A stretch of 64,000 nt of DNA from Bugula neritina (lineage: Eukaryota; Animalia; Bryozoa): NCBI GenBank assembly GCA_964035545.1, contig OZ037767.1, positions 31,326,628-31,390,627 on the forward strand. Direction: 5' to 3'. The notes under the pieces are model-generated. The model saw only the letters and a program-made list of their open reading frames with translations, was not told the origin of the DNA and made no database searches. Both the position numbers and the translations under genes were made by a program. Positions 36,501-58,940 of this stretch are shown here, in pieces. The number at the start of each line of letters is the position of its first letter. Position 1 is the stretch's first letter.

Positions 36501-38361
36501 GATACCTTCAGTACTCTGTGTTGATACCTTCAGTACTTTATGTTGATACCTTCAGTACTTTGTGTTGATACCTTCAGTACTTTATGTTGATACCTTCAGT
36601 ACTCTGTGTTGATACCTTCAGTACTTTGTGTTGATACCTTCAGTACTTTGTGTTGATACCTTCAGTACTCTGTGTTGGTACCTTCAGTACTCTGTGTTGG
36701 TACCTTCACTACTCTGTGTTGGTACTTTCAGTACTCTGTGTTGATACCTTCAGTACTTTGTGTTGATACCTTCAGTACTCTGTGTTGATACCTTCAGTAC
36801 TTTGTGTTGATACCTTCAGTACTCTGTGTTGGTACCTTCAGTACTTTGTGTTGATACCTTCAGTGCTCTGTGTTGGTACCTTCAGTACTCTGTGTTGGTA
36901 CCTTCAGTACTCTGTGTTGGTACCTTCAGTACTTTATGTTGATACCTTCAGTACTCTGTGTTGGTACCTTCAGTACTTTATGTTGATACCTTCAGTACTT
37001 TATGTTGATACCTTCAGTACTTTGTGTTGATACCTTCAGTACTTTATGTTGATACCTTCAGTACTTTATGTTGATACCTTCACTACTCTGTGTTGATACC
37101 TTCAGTACTTTATGTTGATACCTTCAGTACTTTGTGTTGATACCTTCAGTACTTTGTGTTGATACCTTCAGTACTTTGTGTTGATACCTTCAGTACTCTG
37201 TGTTGATACCTTCAGTACTTTGTGTTGATACCTTCAGTACTTTGTGTTGATACCTTCAGTACTCTGTGTTGATACCTTCAGTACTTTATGTTGATACCTT
37301 CAGTATTTTGTGTTGATACCTTCAGTGTTTTGTGTTGATACCTTCAGTACTCTGTGTTGATAACTTCAGTACTTTGTGTTGCTGATACAATTTATGATGT
37401 GTGTTGAACTTATTGGAACTTGGAAGTAAAAAGAAACTTTGTTTAGTTGGATGTTATGTAACTTGTATCACAGGATTGAGAGAGTGGCTAGTAGAGACAT
37501 CACAATAAGAGGTATGCAGATCCCTAAAGGAATGACTGTAAACATGCTAGTATATAATATCCACCATGACCCAGAATACTGGACAGATCCTGAAACCTTC
37601 AACCCTGACAGGTAGTAATTTGATAGAGTATACTATATTTGTATTGTTGGTACAAGCATGGTAAACTCAGCTGCTGTTTGTTATATACCATCCTAACGAC
37701 AATTTCAATATAATCGAAATATTTTCTCTGGCAGCTGAAATTTCAGATATTATATTGTTAGGTTTGCTCCTGAAAACCAAACTGATATCCAACAATATGC
37801 GTTCATTCCTTTTGGCTCTGGAAGTAGAAAGTGTATTGCTTCTAGACTAGCTCTACTAGAAATGAAAGTTGTGATTATAAAGTCTTTGACAGAGTTTAGA
37901 TTTGAAGCATGTGCAGACACTCCTAAGTTGGTGAGTTCTTCGAGTGAAGTCAACTTTTTTATTTTTGCTTTTACGTTTAGTATTATTTTAGTAGCTCACA
38001 AAGAACTATAGCAGATATAGCACAATTTTCACACCTTTCACACCTATACGGTGACCAGAACAGGTATAACACAATATACTAATATAATTAGGAGAGAGTG
38101 TTTTTGTGATTGTATAACTGATTCATCTGTTTTATATAACAATAAGCATAGGAGTTGTTCGCCTACTCTCAGTATGGTAGAGTAGAATGACTAAACATGT
38201 ATTTATCCTTTAACTGATTTATACAACAACCTCTTCAGTAACTCAGTGAATATATTACTGTATTATTTTAGAGAGAGCTCAAGTTCCAAGATATTGCAAT
38301 AGGATTGTTGACATCAGCCTCTCCACTACATGTTTCCGCCATACAAAGAGAACCAGAATAA
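30590..38361 (+). CDS. Cytochrome P450 clan 3, copy B; exons 30590-30660, 30794-30893, 31413-31468, 31913-32126, 32904-32986, 33694-33869, 34001-34131, 34858-34963, 35330-35454, 35887-36011, 37474-37611, 37762-37930, 38272-38361
   Basis: Same exon sizes as copy A; WKHIR, AGYETT, ETLR, PDRF, PFGSGSRKCIA; no frameshift seen. Confidence 0.93.
32355..32447 (+). repeat. 23-bp tandem repeat x4 (CATAGTATTGGAGTAATATATTA)
   Basis: Directly visible in CYP-B intron 4. Confidence 0.9.
33026..33190 (+). mobile_element. tRNA-derived SINE-like insertion in CYP-B intron 5
   Basis: GGCTCGATAGTGTAACAGT (A-box-like), arm CCTGC-TTTCAA-GCTGG, B-box GGTTCGAAT, no complete acceptor stem. Not present in CYP-C intron 5, where similarity resumes at GTGTTTA..GAA.G.AAGTCA. 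Confidence 0.6.
36385..37381 (+). repeat. 22-bp minisatellite x~45 (TGTGTTGATACCTTCAGTACTT/C) in CYP-B intron 10
   Basis: Directly visible; absent from intron 10 of the other three copies. Confidence 0.97.
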
Positions 38362-40104
38362 TTATTAGACTTCTATAGAATCAGTGATACTAGTTTTTAT
38401 TGCAAGGTAGAAGTTTATTCTGACTGTCATAATTTTGAGTGACTTTTATGTATCCTTCAAATTGTCATGTACAAGTTTAACTTGCTGTCCATCATTTTAT
38501 TTTTCCAAAGATAAAACACAGGATATACGTATGAGCAATGTAGTAACTTTGGTGTAGTAAATTCAATTGGTATATTCTTCAAAATTCTTACTAGTTTAAT
38601 TCATTCAGCTGCTAAAGAAAGATAATAATTCTGTTACACTAAATACATGCATTATGCAGCAAAAGTCTAGTGTTAATATAATGTTAGACCTGTGACTAGA
38701 CTTACTTTATACTATGCAACACAATATAGTCTCTTACAGGGCACACTTCTATTTCTGGTGTTATTATTAGCATTGTGTTTACTAAGTGTTGTTGTATTTT
38801 GTTCAGAAGTTCCAGTCTTTAGGCAATGATACTCGTGTCAGCAAATAATTGTTACTGTGTCAGCACAGATGCTGTATGGCACGAATGTCTATGTGTAGCA
38901 CAGATGCTGTATGGCACGGATGTCTATGTGTGTAGTACGATACTGTGTGCTAGTTGCACGGATGCACAGATGGAGGACACAACTCTACTTTTTGCTTAGT
39001 GCCAACAGTTTATTTCTCTCAAAAAACCCAAACTGTAACTTATAACCATAAAAACATCATGTTATATTAACATTAATCAACACAGCTGACAAAACATTTA
39101 ATTAATGAAGTTAAAAACAAAAGATAGTATAATACTTAATAATTACAATTATTTGGACAATAAAGTTTAAGTTACCTACATCTTTACCATGAGGGAAATT
39201 GAGCTAAACTGACTCAAAAACTACCAGTAAAAAGATATTGCATGCAAAAGTTCTTACAAAAAGCTTTCATCACACAATACTTTTCTTAACTACAACAAAA
39301 AGCTCTTGCAACATTACCAGAGAGTTGTAACAGCTTCAGGTACATAAGAACTATATTAGTAGAATTTATGGAGTGTATCTATGAAGAATTTTAAATGTAT
39401 CGGACATGTTTATTGGCGAAAAATGAGTGGCAGCCAGCATGTCTGCTCTTTCATATGCATTCAGCTATCTCTCTGTAGCTTTTTGGGTTAACATATATAG
39501 TTTCAGAAGTCTACTGCTATTATTCCTTTTGACCTTAGATTTATATAGCAACTACATTCATGTACAAGTTCAACTTCTTTTTTAGTTAATCCTCTTAAGT
39601 TACAAAACATCTGAATCTCCAAATTAATATGGGTTTGTTGGCACTGCTTCTTCATTACATTTTTCAGCAATATCTATATATGTGACACTTGGGCTATTGC
39701 AACAAAGTTTTAACAAAAACTGCCAAACTTATTGATATGCATTTTGTGATGTGACATGCAAATGTTTTAAAATATTTGGCATTGCCTATGATTTTTACAT
39801 ATTTGTATATTGGCATTCAAAGCTATATAAAGGGCAATGACTGAGTTATTAATAGCTCAGGGGTTCTATTTTACCAACTGAAGCAATGTGATAAGCATGA
39901 TATACACATAGCCTTAGCACCTCAATGTCGGTGAACCCTGGTTTACATTGGCTCATGTATAAGTTGTACTATACTGTCGGAGGCTAAACAGACAGTAAAT
40001 AAACTATTATGACACGTAATATAGCTAGCTGCTAGTTAGTCTCATCAAACTCCATATTGCTATTTATATACATGTATGGGCTTTGATAGAACAAGTTACT
40101 GAAG

Positions 40105-49161
<9,057 letters not shown>

Positions 49162-49689
49162 TTTATAGATTTTTATAGAATCAGTGATAAGCTGGTTTCT
49201 ACTCGTAAGACTTTTTCTGTTGTATAGTTGACTGTCTTCGATGTGTAGTACCTCTACAACTGTAATATTTTATAGAATTAATAAATTTTAAGTTTATTTT
49301 TACAAGAGTAAAGCAGAATATACATGCAGTAGAAATTTTACCAAATAACTTGCCTTATGTTTAATAATTCTTGTCATTTTGAGTATAATTAAAAACTATT
49401 GATATTTTGCACTACATAGATATAACTCATAGATATAACTATCTACATCCAAGATTTAGATATTTAGTGAAACAATGACAATGTGAAGCCCCTGTCATTC
49501 AACTTGCTTTTTAGTTTATTATATTACAATACAGTCTCTTACAACACAGACTTATGGGGCTATTATTCTTAGCAATATACTTAATAAATTTTGATAAATT
49601 TTGTTCAGAAGTTTTAGTTCTTGTGAAATAATACCAGAGAGTTGTAACAGCTTCAGGTATATAAGAACTATGTTATTAGAATGTGGAGT

Positions 49690-49983
49690 TTTAGGTTTAT
49701 GTTTTATTTATTTAACACTAATGAAAAATTTACAAGAATAAGAAAAAATAGCAAAGAAAAATGTGTTTAGGCCTATGGCGCAATAGCACTGCAGCTAGTC
49801 GAGGCACCAGGCCTTTGCTGAGGAGAACTAACAATACAAAATCGAAAACAAGTTACATTGAGTCAAGCAAGTAAGACTTTACAACACGTTTGAAATCACC
49901 ATCTCTCTCAACAGCACGAATTGACTTCGGCAGCCCATTCCACAAGGACACACACTGGTAACTCACTCTGCGATGTCCGGAGT
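49690..49983 (-). mobile_element. 5'-truncated CR1/L2-group LINE (ORF2 C-terminus and 3' UTR)
   Basis: Minus strand translates SGHRRVSYQCVSLWNGLPKSIRAVERDGDFKRVVKVLLA*, matching the typical LWNxLP..IR......FKR..K end of CR1/L2 ORF2. GGAGT occurs at both ends (49685-49689, 49979-49983); the paralogous flank near 39370 is empty. Confidence 0.8.
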
Positions 49984-52242
49984 GTACCATATAAGGAATT
50001 TGTAAATGTATCGGACATGTCTATTGGTTATAGAAGTGGCAGCCAGCATGTGTGCTCTTTCATATATACTCAGTTATCTCTCTGTAGCTTTATGGGTTAA
50101 CATAATTTCAGGAGTTTACTGATATTTCTTGCCAACCGTACCATTTCAATTCAATTTAACACAGAAATAGAAGCAAGTCTACGTTGTAACAGACAATGTG
50201 ATATAAAAAAAGAAAATACTATAATTTGTAAAAACATGTCAGCTTCAAATCTGCTAAATACCTGAGCTAATATCTTGTAAAGTATGAGCATATCAATAAG
50301 AATACTTTTCTATGAATCAATAGGCTATGTTTTACTCACCATGCAACTATAAATTTTACAGCTTTAAAACGTAATCTCTTTACATCTTTACTATAAAATG
50401 GCACTCAAACCTAAACACTAGTTGACAATTCACAGCGGCCAAGGAGTTCTATCCATCAAATTAACAGAGGGTTGACATTTAATGTCTAATAAGTTGTTGG
50501 TTACTAGGAAAACCAAAGCATTGAACATTACATGAGGTTTATGCCAGTTAGTTTTAGAAAAACTTATTTGACTGGACTGCTGCTAGATGTCCCACTAATG
50601 TGCTGTAGATAGCGCAACTACCTAAACCTTTGCTCACTCATCCTTTAAAGGGAAGACAGTTACTGACAATATTTTTTCCTAAAATATATTTCATTAAGTT
50701 ACATCACTTTGTATGCAGCTATCTGCAGCACTACCACATATCACATGCCACATCAAGTGTTGTTTACTGTTATATCAACTTGAACGAGTCACTAAATGGA
50801 ACATTGGCAGTAAAAAGTAACTCTTGTCCCACATTTTCACTCACAGTGTTGGTAATCACAATAGCTCATTGGTTAATATCACCTGGTGATTAGGCACAAT
50901 AGTTCATTGGTTATTATAATGGTTTCAATTATTTTACTAGGTTTTAGTTAATAGTTCATAATAAAAGTAGACTTATTATTATACCAGTTATATATAAGTG
51001 GAGTAAAGCTAAACATTTGCCACACATAAAAATAGAATATAATTTCATCCAGTTTACCCACAATTCTATTCAAGTTACAAGCAGAGGATATTAAAATATC
51101 CTCCATCCTCACTTGCTCATCCACTTATTATGATGTAATAATGAAATATATAATTATACTATCTATAATAAGAGATTCCACACTATTATTGCAATAATAA
51201 CAATTTTAGTTGGGTTGCTATATATACTCACAATGCGTGTACAACTAGCAGATTATATATACGTGAGAAAAGTATCTAAAGCAAGGATGTTAAAGTTTCG
51301 GTGGTTTCAAAGTGTAATTAATAGAGAAATTATTACATGGCTCTGTTCTATACAATTTATCATGTTTATCAAAAACTAATAATTGAATAGGAAACGTAAG
51401 TTTTCAGCTGGATTATATATTTTTTGTTTAATGACCTATAGTAAAAAATATATCCATAAAATTTGTCTTATACTCTATAAACAACCCTTATTACAGCGAG
51501 TAGAATGGTGATGATCAATTCATTTAAGATGTTCATATTGTTTTTACTTTATGGATGTATACTCCAATTTTCAAGAAATTGATCAAACTGAATAATATGC
51601 ATGATTGTCTGTAACTTGTACATAGAAACTTAGCTTATAAAAAGTAATTTAATTAAATAAAAATAAAACTGTAGTTGAGGCTACATTTCATCAACTCATG
51701 ACTTTTTTATCTCTGAATGAGGTGAACACATTTATACCTTTGAACCTCATTCTCAATATTGTCAAGGATATCAGTATAATCAGCTTTACTATCTGTAACT
51801 AAAACTACAAGCCATAGTCCGACTTATTCTTATGGATAAATAACACGATGTTCCATTCTTTCACCCGAACCTTATTTACTGTAAGCCTGTTACTAAAAGC
51901 CACATTGTGTTAAAATACTAAAAAGCTACAAAAAGAATGATTATTTTTTTAAATTTAAGTTGATTATTAAAAAATATTATTTTAAAATATTTTTAAACTA
52001 TTTTCCATAGTTATATTGAAATAACTATTTTTAAATTAAAGAGCGTACGTGCACTTTATTGAGCTTAATATAGAAGATATTCAGTAGTTGACAAATAGAC
52101 GATTACCAACTCGTAATTGCAATAGCTTATAAATACATGCCTAGCCTGGAAATGTTGACAGTTGACAGGCGGTAGTTGCAAGTGCTTGCTAATGTACAGT
52201 TTCTTCGCATCCGATTAGCTTTTCTAACACCTGCTCATCAAA

Positions 52243-55200
52243 ATGAATATATTTGGTTGGGACGTGCCGCTGTGGGTTTCACTTAGTGCCATTGCGATCA
52301 CACTGCTGTATTGGTAAGTTAGTTGGTACAGTTTTCACACTTAATGTAATCCAGGTTTCACAGTTGTAATTGTTTTATTGTCCAAACCAGCATTGAAGCT
52401 ACGCAATAATATAGGAAATAGAATCATCGAGAGTCTGAATAACAATACTAATTCTTTAGTCAACAGACATGCATTCATACTAAGAGCTAACTGCAAAATA
52501 ACTAATTTTATTCTAATGGTGTTTTTTCTTACGGTACAAGTGACTGTTATATTGTTATTTAAAGGTATGGAACAGCAACTTATGGCTATTTTAAGTCAAG
52601 GGGAGTGCCCTATAAGCCTGCTTATATCCCGTTTCTTGGAGACATGATAGAATATCTCACTGTGGTTAGTGCTACTGTACTCACTATATTATAATATATA
52701 TAACTCACTGTTGTTAGTATGACTAGTTACTATATAGTACACATCATGTTAGTATGACTAGCTACTATATAGTACACATTATGTTAGTGCTGCTCATCAC
52801 TATAATATTATAGTACATATAACTCCGTGTTATTAGGATGACTAGTTACTATACAGTGCACATTGCGTTAGTATGACTAATTACTGTATAGTTATAGCGC
52901 ATATAACTAGTTGTGATTAATATGACTAGTTACTGAAGAGTACATATAACTCACTGTTGTTAGTATGACTAGTTACTATATAGTACACGTAACTCATTGT
53001 GTATATGTTTTAGCCTCACACCATCATCCAAAGAAGAACAATGAAGCGATACCCTGGCAAAGTTTATGGGTAATTTATTTTTAAAAGTTTAATTGCATTA
53101 TGCATCATGTTTGTTTACCTGTAACATTCAACTTTTATATATTTATATTATTTCACATGTTAGCAATGTTTTGCTATACTTTATTTTATTATTTAACACA
53201 AATTCAAACAAATTATCAATATTACCAGTTGGAAAAGTTATAAAAACTCTGAAGATATTCACTCAATTGCATCACAATTAAGTTATTATCTATAGCTTTT
53301 GCTTAGCAGCAAGTCACTTTACAAGTTTAACAATTCTTAAAACAAATTGAATAAGAAATAACAGTCTATATATGATATTTAGTTATGTTTCTGCTCTAGA
53401 AACTTCCAGGGCAGAACACCAGTTCTACAAGTTGCCAATGCTGAGTTTGTTAAGGAGATCACTATCAAGGAGTTTTCCTCTTTCACCAACCGAAGAGACC
53501 TTGTAGATGAGGACAGTATAGCTGGAAATCATATCGGAATGATAAGAGATGATCACTGGAAACACGTCAGATCTCTGCTCTCTCCCACCTTCACATCTGG
53601 CAAGTTGAAGCAGGTAAAATATTTAAATGTATTGCAATTGTGTTGACAACTAGCAGTATGTAGTGCTTGTGACACTTTTACTATGTGGTACTTGTGACAC
53701 CTGTACTACGTGGTACTTGTGACACCTGTACTATGTAGTACTTGTGACACTTGTACTATGTAGCAGTGTTGACACCTGGTACTATAATAAAAGTTATAAG
53801 TTATAAAAGAATACAAATTCACCATGATTCCCATAACATTAACTGAAATTAGCACCTAGCTGTTTCATATGAGAATAATTTAATCTAATCAGAGTAATTC
53901 ATGATTATAACAAAGCCAGTTCATAGAATGAATAAAAGACAAAAGCTACACACAATTTCGGTTCTCAAGAGGCTTTTAGAGTTATCTTCTTTTCATATTA
54001 TGTATTTTTAGTTTATGTTTGTTATTTTCTCTTTGTGTCAAATACTAGACAATGTAGAAGCTTATATAAAGAAGGGATCAACTTCTAGTCTGCAATTTAA
54101 GTTGAAAATTAATCATCTAAGTTTGGAGAAAAAATACATAAATTTTAATGTAACTGTTGAAAATTATTTTATCTATCTTTACATAGCATCTTTGACTAAG
54201 TTTTTGGAGATTTCACTATAATAGGTATTAATCCATTTGAATTTATTGTTTTTGTCTTTCATTATTCTACAGAAAAAAAGAGTGAATTCTATTATAGTAA
54301 ACTACTAACATTTTTTATGTTTTATTACTATTTGTAATTGCATATAAGTTTATATACTCTGCGTTTATTTTAATTATATTATATGATCAAAACCTTGCTG
54401 TAGACACAACTTTGCAATACTGTGGTGTAATCTCAGATAAATTATAGTTGAAACTGGCTTGATTAAATTACAAGAGTAATGGTGTGTTTTTTTAGATGTA
54501 CTCTGTAATCCAAGGCTGTTCGGATAAGTTTGTGAAACACTTGAAATCAACCAATTCTGCACCTATAGCAATCAAAAAGTAAGTATAAAAATTGTAAATT
54601 AAAAAACCATCCTTTTTTATAATAAACATATTTAAGATCTTATCAACATAGGCAATTTCCTCAAAATGTAATGATATGAAAAAGTTTTATTACAATTTTT
54701 CTATACAAACGCATCAAATTATTAGAGATGCAGCTATAATTAAAGTTAAAGATAACTTATTATGCTATAAAGACAAGGTTTAAATTTTAAAATATCTCTT
54801 TTATTTAATTGTGATGAAATATGTTGGCTAACCTCTATTGATAGACATATCAAAAATAAATATTGAGAGTAAAGAATATTTTCATTTAGACAAAAATATC
54901 TATCTATTAGAAGAAAGCATTGTCAAGCTACTCTTACCTGCACATTATTCTGATATTTGTTACATAGTTACACTGCTGGTTACACTATGGACGTCATAGC
55001 AAGCACGGCTTTTGGTCTGGATATCGACTCACAGGAGAGAACTGATCATCCATTTATTTACCACGCCAAGTCTTTCTTCTTCAGGCCAAAAGATGACCGC
55101 TTTAGGTCAAAGTTCAGCTCTTTCATGAGCATTGTAATTCTCCGTAAGCTCTCTCTTTACTTTGAAAATAAATTCTTTCCTTCTCACTTTAAAAATAAAT

Positions 55201-58200
55201 AAAATAATAAATTATGATTGTAATTCCACCAATCAGACATAGTGTCATGTTATTTAAATTGTACCTTATATATTTAAAACAACTTGTAGAAGTTGAGTGT
55301 AAATTGCGACATGGTGTCATCGGCCAGTAAAAAAGTTGCACATGCCGTGTCTATTATACTTGCTTTTGTTATCTGCAAAACTTGTTTTCTCATAATTGAT
55401 GAGCCCTTAGCTGTACAGAAGAGAATATTAGTGTGCAAAAACAGGTATTCTCTATTTTATGTAGTCTTATGCCCAAAGACGTTGAAGAAGATCCTTGCAA
55501 GATTTGTTGATGTGTCGTTTCTGGGAGTGGAAACGATGGAATACTTTGGGAATATTTTGAATACTGTGTTCAGTCAGACTCAAGGTCAACTTGAGGTTAG
55601 ACTAAAGTTCTACTGATTCTAAATCTTAGTGAAACAATAATCATATCAGAACACAAACTTTTGAATACTTTATGTATTTATTTTTGTCAGTAGTAAATTA
55701 TAATGTAAAATGGAAAATATTTTAGAAAAGAAAAGACTTATAGGTGATATAACTACTGTACATGGTTTTTTGACCATCTGTAATATACAATGCAATATAT
55801 GTTCTTCTTAGAAAAGAAAAGACTTCATATCAATGTGCTCAGATAAAGTGGTGGATTTAGATAAAGTTGATAAAGATAGTATTAAAGTGACGAATGGAAA
55901 AAGATGGACAACTGAAGGTTTGACTTTGAAACTCTATGTATAACATTAAGACTATTAGATGTGGGTTGATAACAATAGCTGCCAGTAGATTGCATTAAAT
56001 AATCAGAAATTGATATTTCAAAACAATAATTAAGCAGCCACGGAATATTTCAGAGCAGTCGTACAATTTTAGAGCTGCAAATTTGACAGAAGAATATTTC
56101 TACTTATCATGAATTCTGATCATTTAACATACTAACTAACGGTACAATATCACATTAAGCTTTATAAACAATAAAAGTACGTTTTGATGTTTTAGGATTG
56201 TCAAAGCGAGACATTCTGGCTAATGCTGCCATATTTATTTCTGCTGGTTACGAGACGACAGGCAGCACGTTGGAGTACTTCTTCTACATCATGGCTGTTC
56301 ATCCAGAGATTCAGCATAAGGTATTGTGTAGAGGTTATAGGTTCGATAATAGCGAACTGGTGAAAAGCCGGTGTTTTAGATTACAAATGTAGCAAAAGAC
56401 GTTATGTTCTCACAAGAATTTGAACCCGCGCCCCCAAACCAAAATTTAATAATAAAATTAGAGAAATTAGGCTATCTCAGTTTCTCCACTATATTCTGCT
56501 CCTAAGTGATTGTATGACAGTCGATATTATCACCGCTGACAGTATCGATGTCTATGTTATAAGTGTACTACCAAAACAATTTGCATTTGACAGAAAAACG
56601 CAAAGAAAAACTTTGAATACAATAAGCCGTTCCCTAGTAAATTTATTGCAATTAGTGTTCTAAGCTGCGATTGATGCAAAAAGAAGGTTTACTGATTGGT
56701 TATAGACATGCATTATAGCTATCAGTGTCATTGTGTTACAGCTTCACACTCTCATTGCTGAAGTGGTAGATGAGAATGGTGAATGTTCATATGAAGACTT
56801 GAAGAAGTTAGAGTACCTTGACTGGTGTATAGATGAGACTATGAGAATGTTTTCAATTGCTACGAGGTAAGACTCTGTGTACAGACGGTCAAGCAGCTTT
56901 AGGTGTAGCCTGTGCTCCATTACATCTATCACCAGTAAATATTGTCACAGAATTCGAACTTTAGCTTTTGCAAGTTTAATTTCTGTAATTAAATGAGTGT
57001 TTACCCACTTACTCTATCTTGTTATACAACTCAGTAGTTGTCTTTCCCATGTAGTCATGTGGAGATAACTTTGAAACTATCTATATCTGCTGAGAAAACT
57101 GCATCACGTCAAAACTTTGTTACAAAATACGATACTTATCAAGGAAAAATTACAATTCAAAATAGCTTCTTTGTATGTTTTCTGTGAAACTGTTTTTTTC
57201 TAATAAGTATTTTTATTCTTAATTTATTATGGTTTGAAATAATGGAATAAAAAGGTCTTCAACATGCTTGTATTGCTACAAGTTTCTATGAGGGTTATAC
57301 CCTGCACTAACAGGTTTTAGTAGAGTAATCTAATCTCTGTAGAGTTTTCTTGCGGATAAATTCCCATGTTTCTATGAAAATGGTCATGAATTGTATTCTT
57401 GTTATATAGACTTGAAAGAGAGGCTAAAACAGATATCACAGTCAAAGGAATACCCATATCCAAGGGGGATGGGGTGCAGATACAAATACACGCTTTACAT
57501 TACGACCCAGATTACTGGACAGACCCTGAGAAGTTCATTCCTGATAGGTATCTGTCTATATATTATTATATAATATATCCTGTATATAAGATATTATTAT
57601 ATAATATACCATATGTATAATATATTATATAATCTACCATCTATATATATAAGATATTATAATATATATTATATGTATGGTATATTATTATATAATATAT
57701 TATACATATGATATATTATATAATATACCATATATATAATATATTATATCTATGGTATATTATATATTATATATATAATCTATTATATATATAATATATT
57801 ATATACAGATTTATAGAGAAACAGAAAGAGAAAGAAAGACTAATGCAATAATAATATTATTTACTACCATATTATAATGTATCAAATATTAATATATATA
57901 TATATATATGATTTAGATTTGCACCTGAAAACCAGACTGAGGTTCAACAGTATGTATTCATTCCTTTTGGGTCGGGTGGAAGAAAGTGCATCGGTGCCCG
58001 ACTTGCTTTGCTAGAAATGAAGGTTGTGATTATGAAAACCCTGACTGCATTCAGTTTCCAGAAGTCTGCTGACACACCAGAAATGGTACGAGTCACCTTG
58101 TTGTAGTCTTTGAAGAATGGGAGGGTCAAAAACTGTATATATACAATACTGTCTCATATAATATATTATATACAGTACTGTCTCATGTGATATATTATAT

Positions 58201-58940
58201 ATACAGTACTGTCTCATGTAATATATTATATACAATAGTGTTCCATGTAATATATTATATACAGTACTGTCTCGCGTAATATATTATATACAGTACTGTC
58301 TCATGTAATATATTATATACAGTAGGTACTGTATCATGTGATATATTATATAGTATGGGATCAGGAGTAATACCGTTAATAACCAATAAACAAATAAATA
58401 AACATGGTATTTATATACTAGCTAGTTATGTAGCTAACTCACTTCTCTCCAACTTTGTAAAAAATACAATCAGTTTATGTAGACTGAGTCTATTTTACAT
58501 TTTATCACTTCATATAGTTGTTTAGGTGAAAACTTCTCACCGAATTTTTACAGATTTTCACAGTTGTTTATTTAATAAGTACTTTCTAATACTCCCATCA
58601 ACTGACTGATGTTCAAAACGTAGACATATTTTAGACAATATTATTTATTGTAGACACATTAAGCTAGGAAAGAGAACTGCATGAGACTGTATATTGACTG
58701 TCTGTCACAGTATGCACGCTGACTCTTGCACTTCTTTGCTGCCGATTGGTGCATTTTTTCGCTGCTAATATGTCCTGCTATGTTTTAGCTTAGCTCCTAA
58801 AATTGTTAAACCTTCATGCTGTATTCTATTATATTTATATATTACAATTTTAGAAAGATATAGTCTTTGCATCAGGATTTGGGGGATTGCAAACAGCCAC
58901 CCCACTGAAAGTGTCTGCTGTGCCAAGGAAAGCCGTATAA
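52243..58940 (+). CDS. Cytochrome P450 clan 3, copy D (most divergent); exons 52243-52313, 52565-52664, 53014-53069, 53400-53613, 54496-54578, 54968-55143, 55465-55595, 55812-55917, 56196-56320, 56742-56866, 57410-57547, 57917-58085, 58854-58940; 526 aa
   Basis: Same exon structure; WKHVR, SPTFTSGKLKQM, AGYETT, ETMR, PDRF, canonical PFGSGGRKCIG; last exon KDIVFASGFGGLQTATPLKVSAVPRKAV*. Confidence 0.92.
52705..53000 (+). repeat. Degenerate tandem repeat (GTTAGTATGACTAGTTACTATATAGTACAC core) in CYP-D intron 2
   Basis: Core recurs about seven times with variable spacing. Confidence 0.75.
53655..53785 (+). repeat. ~22-bp tandem repeat (GTACTTGTGACACCTGTACTAT) in CYP-D intron 4
   Basis: Directly visible. 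Confidence 0.85.
58135..58352 (+). repeat. 29-bp tandem repeat x~7 (ATATTATATACAGTACTGTCTCATGTAAT)
   Basis: Directly visible in CYP-D intron 12. Confidence 0.9.

Noticed and set aside
36385-37381. This and other tandem arrays (13335, 21582, 59871, 61377) as CRISPR arrays
   Set aside because: Head-to-tail repeats with no unique spacers, eukaryotic context, no cas genes.
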